NCBI RefSeq assembly: GCF_006345805.1
Contig: NC_043002.1
Location: 86,614,001 to 86,678,000, forward strand
Length of the DNA: 64,000 nt
Source: Octopus sinensis
Taxonomy: Eukaryota
Direction: 5' to 3'
Part shown: positions 51,339 to 64,000 of the stretch, piece after piece
Layout: the number at the start of each line of letters is the position of its first letter
Numbering within the stretch: the first letter of the stretch is position 1
Made by a program: the position numbers and the translations under genes
Notes under the pieces: generated by a model
Told to the model about the DNA's origin: nothing
Databases searched by the model: none
What the model saw: the letters and a program-made list of their open reading frames with translations, nothing else

Positions 51339-51382
51339 AGTTTTCTCCAAACAAAAGCTTAAAATAAATAAACACCGGAAGT
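51339..51382 (-). promoter_or_regulatory. Possible housekeeping promoter and first non-coding exon (ETS-type CCGGAAGT, gtaagt donor)
   Basis: CCGGAAGT at 51375-51382; minus-strand donor gtaagt at 51333-51338. Confidence 0.25.
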
Positions 51383-51594
51383 TTGCTTTATTCTACTTTT
51401 ATCACTGGTCACCAGAAGACAATGTCAACTTAAAGCCTGCACCTTTCCATATGACAAATTATAGAGTGATTTGGTGAATGAGCATTAGGAAATACACGAG
51501 GTTTTCATAAATTGCCAAATAATGGAAGGTTACTATATAAAAATAAGCATGAAAATAGTGAAGAATTTAGTAAAAAATTACTTTGTCATTACTC

Positions 51595-52020
51595 TTTTAC
51601 TCTTTTACTTGTTTCAGTCATTTGACTGCAGCCATGCTGGAGCACCGCCCTTAGTCGAGCAAATCGACCCCAGGACTTATTCTTTGTAAGCCTAGTACTT
51701 ATTCTATCGGTCTCTTTGCCGAACCGCTAAGTGACGGGGATGTAAACTCACCAGCATCGGTTGTCAAGCGATGTTGGGGGATGGACAAATACAGACACAC
51801 AAAGACACACACATATATATATATATAATATATATATATATATATACATACACATGACAGGCTTCTTTCAGTTTCCGTCTACCAAATCCACTCACAAGGC
51901 TTTGGTCGGCCTGAGGCTATAGTAGAAGACACCTGCCCAAGGTGCCACGCAGTGGGACTGAACCTGGAACCATGTGGTTGGTAAGTAAGCTACTTATCAC
52001 AAAGCCACTCCTGCACCTAT
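51595..52020 (-). mobile_element. CORE-type SINE, full-length copy
   Basis: Complete family structure. Confidence 0.85.
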
Positions 52021-52456
52021 GTCAACAAATTCCGTTTGACCCAAGCAAGCATGGGAAAGGGGTCATTAAATGATAATGATGAGGATTATGATGAAAGAGA
52101 GGTGGGGAGAAGAGCAAAAGCTGATCATCATACATATACATACACATGACGGGCTTCTTTCAGTTTCCGTCTACCAAATCCACTCACAAGGCTTTGGTCA
52201 GCCCGAGACTATAGTAGAAGACACTTGCCCAATTTTAAATAATTTTAAATAATCCTTTCCATTATAGGCACAATGCCTGAAATTTTGTTGGTGGGGGCTA
52301 GTTGATTACATTGACCCCTGTATTCAGCTGGTACTTATTTCATTAACCCCAAATGAATGAAAGGCAAAATTGACCCTGGTGGCATTTGAACTCAGAACAT
52401 AATGACAGGTGAAAGCATTTTGCTCAGCTCACTAATGATTCTGCCAGCTTGCTGCC

Positions 52457-52685
52457 TTAACCCTTTAGGCATTCAAATTACTCTGTCAAATGTATTGCTT
52501 ATTTATTCACATTGCTTTGAATTAATTATACATTATCTCGAAGCATTGAGATTTTGATGATCTGATTGTTTGTTTTTAGAATAATATTGTAAAGTAAGTG
52601 TGAGAGGTCAGATCTGGCCAGTTTGAACATAAAACAGGTAGAATATTTGGGCCTGATATGACTGGTTTAGATGCTAAAGGGTTAA
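52457..52685 (+). mobile_element. piggyBac-type MITE
   Basis: TTAA-CCCTTTAG...CTAAAGGG-TTAA. Confidence 0.85.
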
Positions 52686-52736
52686 GCTGGTATTAAATAA
52701 TGGAGTGTAAATTATTATGAAAATTTGATCGAAGGT

Positions 52737-52965
52737 TTAACCCTTTAGTGTTCACATTATTCTACCAAAACTAATGCTTCTTCATCCTCATTGTTTTGAA
52801 CTAATCATGCATTATCTTGTAGCTATGAGATTTTGATGGGGTAGCTGTTAATTTTCGGAATGATATTGTAAGGTTGGTGTGAGAGACCAGATCTGGTCAG
52901 TTTGAACATAAAACAGGCAGATTACTTTTGGCCGGATATGGCCGGTTTAAATGCTAAAGGGTTAA
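52737..52965 (+). mobile_element. piggyBac-type MITE
   Basis: TTAA-CCCTTTAG...CTAAAGGG-TTAA. Confidence 0.85.
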
Positions 52966-53224
52966 ATCACTTTAAATCAAGACTTTAGCAATGACAGTGT
53001 CAAGCGACTGCAGCATTATTTCTTTTCAATCATAGTTACAAAATTGGTGACATGTCAAAATGATGTCAAAGATTTGATAAATAGAGATTGATAAAATGTG
53101 CACCAGACCAAAAAAAAAAAGAAAGAAACAGGGAGCAATATGATCAACTTAAAATGGGATCCAGCATGGTCACAATTCATATGAAAAATAAGAAAATACT
53201 TTTCTTATAAACACTTTTTACTTT

Positions 53225-53480
53225 GGAATTAAAAGCTATACCTATTTCTCTATTGCCCACAAGGGGCTAAACATAGAGGGGACAAACAAGGACATGCATA
53301 GGTATTAAGTCAATTACATCGACCCCAGTGCGTAACTGGTGCTTAATTTATCGACCATGAAAGGATGAAAGACAAAGTTGACTTCGGTGGAATTTGAACT
53401 CACAACGTAATGGCAGACGAAATACTGCAAAGCATTTCGCCCGGCATGCTAACGCTCCTGCCAGTTCGCTGCCTTCCCTT
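53225..53480 (-). mobile_element. SINE (family of 20270)
   Basis: Reverse-complement full copy. Confidence 0.8.
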
Positions 53481-53499
53481 GAACGAGTAGTATTAATTC

Positions 53500-53876
53500 A
53501 CACTGGTCCCGTCTACTCAAATGAAAAAATGAGTAGCTATACCAACCACTGAATGGGACAGCACTGCATAATAACAAAGATACTGTCATCTTCATCTCAG
53601 ATAAGGATCCAGTGTTGCAACAGCTTGGGTTTCAGAGGACCACAACTGTTTAAACATCCTGCCAAGGAACCTAAGAAATCTACAAGGTGTACATGTGGAA
53701 ACGTTAAAAAAGTAGCTGGACAAATTTCTATCCGAAATCTCAGATGAACCTACATCACAGCAGTAGGCACAAAGAAAAGCAGCTCCGAAAAGCTTCTTCA
53801 TCAAAAACAGTACAGAAACACTGAAAGGTGATGCTCCAGCATGGCCCCAGCCTCTGGTTGAAACCAGTAAAAGAGT
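53500..53876 (+). mobile_element. CR1/L2-group LINE 3' end
   Basis: With one frameshift, GPQLFNILPRNLRNLQGVHVETLKK*LDKFLSEISDEPT; 3'UTR ends in ccagcatggcc...gaaaccagtaaaagag. Confidence 0.75.
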
Positions 53877-54012
53877 ATGTATATATATATATATACATAC
53901 ATACACACATTATATACATATGTGTGTATGTATATATATGTATGCGTATATGTGTATATATCATTAAATGTATATATATGTGGGTGTGTGTGTGCGTATA
54001 CACACACACACA

Positions 54013-54060
54013 CAGAGTAATCCCTCGACTATCACAGGTGATATGTTCCAAAACCTCCCA
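54013..54060 (+). mobile_element. Tigger/pogo-like terminal fragment
   Basis: cagagtaatccctcgactatcacaggtgatatgttccaaaacc resembles pogo-type TIRs; no partner TIR confirmed. Confidence 0.3.
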
Positions 54061-54199
54061 CAGTAATAATTAGTATCTAAAAAATATAAATACCTATAGG
54101 CCCACAATATATTGAGGAGTCTGTGATATAAATTTACATATATTAGCCAGAAAAATCTGCAATGTACTGAGGGCACAATAGGTGAAAGTGATGTATATA

Positions 54200-55140
54200 T
54201 TTTTCTCTTGTTAAGTTTCTGTCCAAGGACTGCAGCCATGCTGGGGCACTGCCATTTACTTTGCTACACTTTCATTAAACCTACTCTGATGTGTGACATT
54301 TGGTCGATGAGGGAGTTTGACATTACTGCCCTCATCTTTGTTTCTTGCCTTGTGGTAGGTTCATCCAGAACTCTTGACAGGAGATCTAGTTTTGTTTTGA
54401 AAAAGCCTACATCCATGCTATGCAGGTCTCTCAGGCTTTGTGGGAGGATATTGAAGAGCTGCAGGCTTTGAAACCCAAGCTGTTGCAGTATCTGGTTCTG
54501 TATCCTGATGGCAATGTTGGGGTTTTTTGGTACTATGCAGTGGCGCCCTGTCCTACTGTTTATGTAATTGACAATGCCAAACTTTTATACCAGTTTGTCT
54601 AGGATTTTCCAGATGTATATTACTGCATATCTTTCCCACCTTCGCCCCAGGGAGTAAAGTCTTAACTCTTTCGATCTCTCCCAGTAGCTGATATGTTGCA
54701 TTGTGTCAATCTTTTTCATGTAACTTTGCTGGGTCATCTCAAGTTCCCTTGTTAATTTTAAACTGTTTGGTGACCACAGTTGGAAGCAGTAATCCAGACA
54801 GCTGAGAATGAAAGTCCTCCAGAAGACCATCGTGGTTTCCTTTTCTCTTGTTTTGAAAGTTTGACAGATCAATCCAGACAAGCTTCTGCATTTTATTGTC
54901 AACTTGGTAATGTGCACCAGGAAAGATGCATCATTACTCATGGTGATGTCTAGGTCACACACTGATTTTGGTTTGGGAATTGGAATTCCTCCTGGGTCAG
55001 TGTATCCTATCTGCTTTTTAATTAAGCTTCCTGTGTTGGTAGTGCAGGGTTTGGAATTTTCCAGCTTTAAACTGCATGTTATTTTCCTCATCCCACCTGT
55101 GTATTGCATCCAACTCATGTTGTAGATGCATGACATCTCC
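54200..55140 (-). mobile_element. CR1/L2-group LINE 3' region, convergent with the 53500 copy
   Basis: LDYCFQLWSP...ISYWERSKELRLYSLGRRWERYAVIYIWKIL...DEP and the same 3'UTR. Confidence 0.85.
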
Positions 55141-55382
55141 AGAGTCCTATATCCTCTGAGAGAAGATATATATATATCGTTTTTGGATTTTGTTTGCAAG
55201 ATTCTTTATGTGCATTTGTTTGTTGAAACATATTCTGTTGTGTTTGGGGAGTCATTCTTTTTTAGTGCCTTATAATTTAACACACTCATCTCTAAAGTTT
55301 CCACTCATTTACTTTTTTTCTAAAATTTTCATTGCATCTTACAACCTTTTCAGTAGTTGTTAACTCTGCCTATTATATATAC

Positions 55383-55431
<49 letters not shown>

Positions 55432-55997
55432 AACTTCTTTCAATCTCCCTCTATTAAATTCACTCACAAGTCTTTAATTGGTTCAAGGTAATAGTAGAGA
55501 TACACTTGCCGAAGGTGCCAGGCAGTGGGACTGAACATGACATCATGTGGTTGAGAAGGAAACTCTTTACCACACACCCATGCTTGTACCTATATATACA
55601 TGTTGATATGTATGTATGTGCATCAGTGCAGGCACAGCTGTGGAACTAAGAAATTTGCTTTCCAACCACATGGTGTCACATTCAGTCCTGCTGCATGGCA
55701 CCTTGAGCAGCTCTAGGCTAACCTACGTCTTGTGCAGATTTAGTAAATGGAAACCAAAAGAAGCTTGTTGTGAGTTTGTGTGTGTTAGCTTTGATACATT
55801 GTGGTTGTTGTAAATGAATGTCATTCATTTCCAATAGTTTGCAAAAACATGCCTGGTCATGGAGAAATATTATTTTGCTTGGAAACAAGTAAGGATAGTG
55901 ACAGAAAGGTCATCCAGCCATAGAAAATCTGCCTCAATAAACTTTGTTTGATCCTTGTAAGCATGGAAAAGTGGATGTTAAACTGATGATGACAATG

Positions 55998-55999
<2 letters not shown>

Positions 56000-56090
<91 letters not shown>
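56000..56090. repeat. (GT)n microsatellite
   Basis: Direct inspection. Confidence 0.95.
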
Positions 56091-56093
<3 letters not shown>

Positions 56094-57746
56094 TTGCACA
56101 TACACGCACTTAAATGAATAGATATGTACTTTTATAGCTTGCAAAATTTGTCTTCCCTTTGTATAATAAAAAGATTCATTCACAGTTTCACCCTTTGAAA
56201 TGTTGTTTGATGTTTCTGTCATGGAAAAAGAGATTGATTTTGCATGGTAGTAACATTCTGATAAGCTGTAGAAAAATCTGTGTTGCTATAGAATAAGTTA
56301 GAAGATATACTTATGAATTACGAATGGAATAAAAACAGCAAGGTTAAACATTGTTGTTAGCAGATGTTGAAATATGTGAGTCATTACATGCTATGTAAAC
56401 CTCTTTTTGTTATTTATAATTGACCGAAAATGTCTATGGTCATATATTAAGAGCTGCAGATATATGTCTCTGGTTGACTGTATCCATGCATTATATTGTT
56501 TTAAAATTTATTTAGGTGATACCTATTAGCAGCAACATAAAGTAGGCTAATAATGAAAATGACAAAGACCTTGTACAACACCAAGCATTGGCATTCATGT
56601 TTATGTATGTGTCTATGAATACAGATGTAGGTTTAAATGGAAAATTTGAGCAATGTTTTTCAGGTTGTCCTGTAAATGTTTTACAAATAGTATCATTAAT
56701 ATTTTACGAGTCATTTTTGTTTCACTGATTTATCATGTATGTATTTATATGTCTTATCTAATTGAAGTTTAGTCAAGTAGGCAACAATCTTTTTTGTTTG
56801 TATTTAGAGCAACGACTTGAACAAAAAGCAAAGCATTTGTTATACATATTAACTGATCTGCTAATAAATTAAATTTGATAGATTCATATCAGCTGTCTCT
56901 GTTATTTCTTGAGTTCCAATATTAAGATGGTGGACCGGTAGAATCATTAGAGCATTGGATTGAGTGCTTGCATTGCAGTATTTGTTCCAATTCTATATAC
57001 TCTGAATTCAGGTGCCACTGAAACTAGTTTTGCTTTTCAGCCTAGTGGGATCGATGAATCATACCAATATGGGATGGTGAGTTGATAGAACTGTAATAAA
57101 ATTGAACCAGAAGCATTGGGGTTGTTATTTCGGCTCTTTGTATTATGATTTCAAATATCGTCTTTGTCTATTTGATGTAAAGACTTAATCTGTCTGCCAC
57201 CTGAAACCAAATTATCTAATACCCTGTTTAATAAAGATTCTGCTTCATGTATCATTTTGTATTATCTTCAACCAATTCTTCAGTACAATTTGAAATATAT
57301 GTGGCAAAACTTCCCAGTAAAGCCTCAGTAATTTTTGCCGTAATTTTTGCACATACTTTTTTTTTTATTGTTTTAGATGTTGAAAGACACAGAAATACTG
57401 ATTTGTTTTATAAGAAGTCTTGTTGTTGGTGATTATTCTCATGCACTTAGCCCCTTTCTGTTGCCGCCACTGCTACTGCTGCTGCTACTACTATTACTAT
57501 TACCACTAAAATAACAACAAATACAATAATAATAATGATCCTTTCTACTATAGATACAAGACATGAAATTTGCAGGGAGGGGTCTAATTGATTACATCAA
57601 CCCCAGTGTGAAATTGGTACTTATTTTATCGACCCCAAAAGGACAAGTGAAAAAGTCGACCTCGGCAGAATTTGAACTCAGAACATAAAGATGGATGAAA
57701 TGATGTAAAGCAATTTGCTTGGTGTACTAACATTCCTACTAGCGCA

Positions 57747-58010
57747 CTGACATAATAATACATACATGTGTGTGTGTGTATATATATAAAGTATATGATT
57801 TACTAAACACATTTTAACAAATTCATTAATAAGTAAAATGTTATTTTGCTTGGAAACAAGTAAGGGATGGTGACAGAAAGGTCATCCAGCCATAGAAAAT
57901 CTGCCTCAATAAACTGACATAGTAATACACACATGTGTGTGTGTGTATGTGTGTGTATATATATAAAGTATATGATTTACTAAACACATTTTAACAAATT
58001 CATTAATAAG
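57747..58010. repeat. About 90-bp direct duplication bracketing a 72-bp copy of 55870-55942
   Basis: actgacata...cattaataagt at about 57747-57835 and 57913-58010; the insert differs from the upstream source at about 2 positions. Confidence 0.8.
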
Positions 58011-58347
58011 TCTATATAAGTTTTCATACCTGCACAAATTTACACCAATAAATTCAAAAGTAAAGTATAAAGAAACAACGTTAGAAATCTTTGGAAGTTA
58101 CTCCAATTAAAGGACAAACTCACATTCAACCTTTTAAAATATATATATATATATAACAGAGGCAAAAGAAAATTGAGATTGGGAAGTTGATAATTGTTTA
58201 TTATTAACAGCAAATTAATCATCATCCCTTATAGGTGTTTCAATTAACACTCAGTAAATATTGTACCAGTATTTCCTTGGATGGAATCATTCATTCATGA
58301 GGTTAATACAACCTCTAATCTCTCTCTCTCTCTCCATGTATATATAT

Positions 58348-60700
<2,353 letters not shown>

Positions 60701-60976
60701 ATTTATTTATAGTTGTGGCAGAAGCCAGTGTTTTGTAACTGGAACCCATGCCGGTGGTGGCACATAAAAAACACCCATTACACTCTTGGAGTGGTTGGCA
60801 TTAGGAAGGGTATCCAGCTATAGAAACCATGCCAAATCAGATTGGAACCTGGTGCAGCTCCCCAGCTTACCAGTTTTCAGTCAAACCGTCCAACCCATGG
60901 CAGCATGGAAAACTGACGTTAAATGGTGATGATGATGATGAGAAATAGGAAGATACACACACACACACACACACAT

Positions 60977-61744
60977 AAATTTTTTTGTAGAAGATAAAAA
61001 TTTCAGTTGTCAATACTTTACATCCGAAAACGAAATTTTCCTTACAGGGATTTATAAGACTTGGATGGGATACATGTTTATATTAAAAAATCACTTAGCG
61101 GTTCGGCAAAAGAGATCGATAGAATAAGTACTGGGCTTACAAAGAATAAGTCCTGGGGTCGATTTGCTCGACTAAAGGCGGTGCTCCAGCATGGCCGCAG
61201 TCAAATGACTGAAACAAGTAAAAGAGAGTAAAGAGTAATAAAAAATAATAAAAAATAATAAAAGATGATGAAAAATATAATAAAATTAATAAGGTATAAA
61301 GTGTAAATGATATAAGATATAAAATCCTAAAAACTGTGTATGTGTGTGTAGATACATGTATTCGAGGGAGAATAAATAGTGTTCAGTAACACAAGATATC
61401 ATGAAGGCAAAAGTCGGTTAAAAACCATGAGAAGTAAAAATCAGTTAAAAACCTATGGCCATTTCAGAAAATATTATCAGGCTGTAGGAACAGTCCATAT
61501 TCAACACCATCGAATAATATTTCCTTCTTCAGGGTTTACTGTTTGTGGTAAGATTCAATTAAAATTCTACATGGTGAATTCATATTGGTGGGTGTTCGTC
61601 GAATAATTAAAGATATAACTGGCGAAATTGATACAGGATCAAAATGTATCCCATTCAAGTCTTACAAATCACTGTAAGCACAATTTCGTTTTTGGCTGTA
61701 AAGTACTGAAAGGTGAAGTTTTTTTATCTTCTACATAAAATTTT
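60977..61744. mobile_element. Element with about 105-bp imperfect TIRs enclosing a SINE 3' half
   Basis: aaatttttttgtagaagataaaaa...gggatacat versus atgtatccc...ttttatcttctacataaaattt; SINE tail at 61090-61235. Confidence 0.65.
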
Positions 61745-61823
61745 GTATTACTCCTTAGCCCATAAACGAGTACAAAAAACAGTTGTACAATACACAGAGT
61801 ATTGTCTCCATTAAAAATCCTAT

Positions 61824-62065
61824 CATCATCGTTTAACGTCCGCTTTCCATGCTAGCATGGGTTGGAGGTTCAACTGGGGTCTGGGAAGCCCGAAGGCTGC
61901 ACCAGGCCAGTCAGATCTGGCAGTGTTTCTACAGCTGGATGCCCTTCCTAACGCCAACCACTCCGAGAGTGTAGTGGGTGATTTTATGTGCCACCAACAC
62001 AGGTGCCAGACGAGGCTGGCGAACGTCCACACTCGGATGGTGTTTTTTACGTGCCACCGGCACAT
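61824..62065 (-). mobile_element. RTE 3' tail fragment
   Basis: Same 3'UTR and tail as 42280. Confidence 0.85.
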
Positions 62066-62084
62066 AGAAAAATCCTCTTATTCC

Positions 62085-62164
<80 letters not shown>

Positions 62165-62179
62165 GTTGTTTGTTGTTCC

Positions 62180-62470
62180 TTCTCAAGCCATGCCTGGCTC
62201 ATAAGGGCCGGTTTCCCGGTTTCTTGGCATATAGGTTCTCCACCTGGACGGGATGTCAGTCTGTCGCAGGTGAGCTGCAAGATGCAGGAGGAAAGAGTGA
62301 GAGAAAGTTGTGGCAAAAGAGTCAGCAGAAGTTCGCCATTACCTTCTGCCGGAGCCGTGTGGAGCTTAGGTGTTTTCGCTCATAAACACATACATCATCC
62401 GGTCTGAGATTTGAACCCGCGATCCCTTGACCGCGAGTGCGCTGCTCTAACCACTAGGCCATGTGCCTCC
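62180..62470 (-). mobile_element. tRNA-derived SINE related to 26872/32270
   Basis: Shared head and gcgaaaacacctaagctccac segment, different 3' part. Confidence 0.7.
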
Positions 62471-62990
62471 AGTATGTATGTATGTATGTATGTATGTATG
62501 TATGTATGTATGTATGTATGTATGTATAATGAGCTTCTTTTCAGTTTCCGTCTACAAAATCCACTCACAAATGACCTGAGCCATAGTAAAAGACATTTTG
62601 CCCAAGGTGCCATGAAGTGGGACTGAACCCAAGTCCATATGGTTGGGAAGCGAGTTTCTTAACCACACTGCTGTGCCTGCTTTTGTTTTATTTTTAGTTT
62701 TTACATATTGTAAGGTTCAGAAGCCCACAATTTAAATGTGTACTTCTATATTTTTAAAGGACAAGATGTGATTTAGGGGAGATTTAGCTACTATTTCTAG
62801 CAAGCCAAATGACAACACAGAGACCGTTTCATTGAATTATAATCTTTTGAGAATGGGAGTGGTTATGAGGATAGGATTATGGAGTAGGTTGCTGCTACTG
62901 CTGCTGCGGCTATCCTTATCACAATTCTTCCTTATCTCAATATGGGTAATATTTTATCTCCACTTTATTATTCATGTTGAAAAATGCTTA

Positions 62991-63030
<40 letters not shown>

Positions 63031-63670
63031 GTACAAAATCAACAAGTTTGCAGTAGCAGGGAGGGCATGTCGACTATATCAACCCCATTACTTGACAAGT
63101 GATATATTTTATCAATCCCCCCCGCCACCAAAAGAATGAAAGACAATGTTGACTTAGCCCGGATTTGAACTCAAAATGTACTGAATCAGAACAAATACCT
63201 CAAATCATTTTTTTCCCAGTTCTCTAATGATTCTGCCCATGGCCAACAGTGTTGAAGCAGGATTTAGTAAATTACATTAATACCATTAGTTTACAGGTAC
63301 TTTATTTTATTGACCCTGGAGGGATAAAAGACAAAGTTGACTTAGATGAGATTTGAACTCTGAACATAAAAGGCTCAAGGAAATACCACAAAACAATTTG
63401 TTTTACACTAACAATTTTGTCAAAATAATAATAATGATAATCATAATAATAATAATAATTTTTTCTACTAAAGCACAAGGCTAACAATTTGGGGGGAGGG
63501 GGCAAGTCAATTATATTGACCCCAGTGTTCAACTGGTACTTATTTTATCAACTCTGAAAGGATGAAAGGCAAATTAACTTTGGTAGCATTTGAACATAGG
63601 ATGTAAAGACAGACAAAATGCTGCTAAGCATTTTGCTTGGTGTAGTAACAATTCTGCCAACTCACTGCCC

Positions 63671-63711
<41 letters not shown>

Positions 63712-63713
<2 letters not shown>

Positions 63714-64000
63714 CTGTCCCAATCAATATAAACGTATCTGTCAAGACCTACCAAAAACTGAGCAAATATAAAGATCTTGAAATAGAAATTAGCACAATGT
63801 GGAACCTGAAGACTAAAACAATACCTATTGTCATAGGTGCCCTGGGAATAATAACAAAAGGGGCTGATTGCTACCTAGCTCAGATACCAGGAAACCCAAA
63901 AAAGGCAGAAATTCAAAAGATAGTGCTCATGGGAACTGCTCATATCTTACACAAAATACTTTCTATGTAATCTCAAGTTTTAAAACACATAATTTTCTTA
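63712..64000 (+). mobile_element. 5'-truncated R4/Dong-clade retrotransposon (RLE domain end) in (TAA)n
   Basis: TVPININVSVKTYQKLSKYKDLEIEISTMWNLKTKTIPIVIGALG...IQKIVLMGTAHILHKIL directly after (TAA)n at 63671-63711. Confidence 0.85.

Noticed and set aside
56800-56870. Plus-strand terminal exon candidate EQRLEQKAKHLLYILTDLLIN*
   Set aside because: Good acceptor, but no upstream exons or homology to support it.

Overview
AT-rich, repeat-dense eukaryotic genomic DNA. The SINE, RTE and MITE landscape points to a coleoid cephalopod (Octopus-like), but this is inference. No prokaryotic features and no CRISPR array are present. Recognisable host genes: (1) the first two coding exons of sorting nexin 6 (SNX6) on the minus strand at 1374-1565, with the rest of the gene off the left edge; (2) the large terminal coding exon of a CSKMT/METTL12-type lysine methyltransferase on the minus strand at 25627-26264, whose first coding exon was not identified; (3) a cryptic, phase-consistent three-exon plus-strand reading frame with nonsense codons at about 33.7-35.9 kb, a probable pseudogene of unknown product. 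The rest is mostly mobile DNA: two long RTE LINEs, CR1/L2-group fragments, a CRE-like RT remnant, a Dong/R4 3' end in (TAA)n, mariner and maT (DD37D) remnants, hAT and piggyBac MITEs, a Helitron, several foldback elements, at least four tRNA-derived SINE families and large compound microsatellites. Most ORFs in the supplied track are microsatellite or antisense artefacts. The most unusual object is a tRNA-headed element at about 2.1-2.5 kb. It carries a minimal hammerhead-ribozyme motif and an inverted copy of its own 3' end, which is Penelope-like architecture. There is a 100-N assembly gap at 49375-49474.
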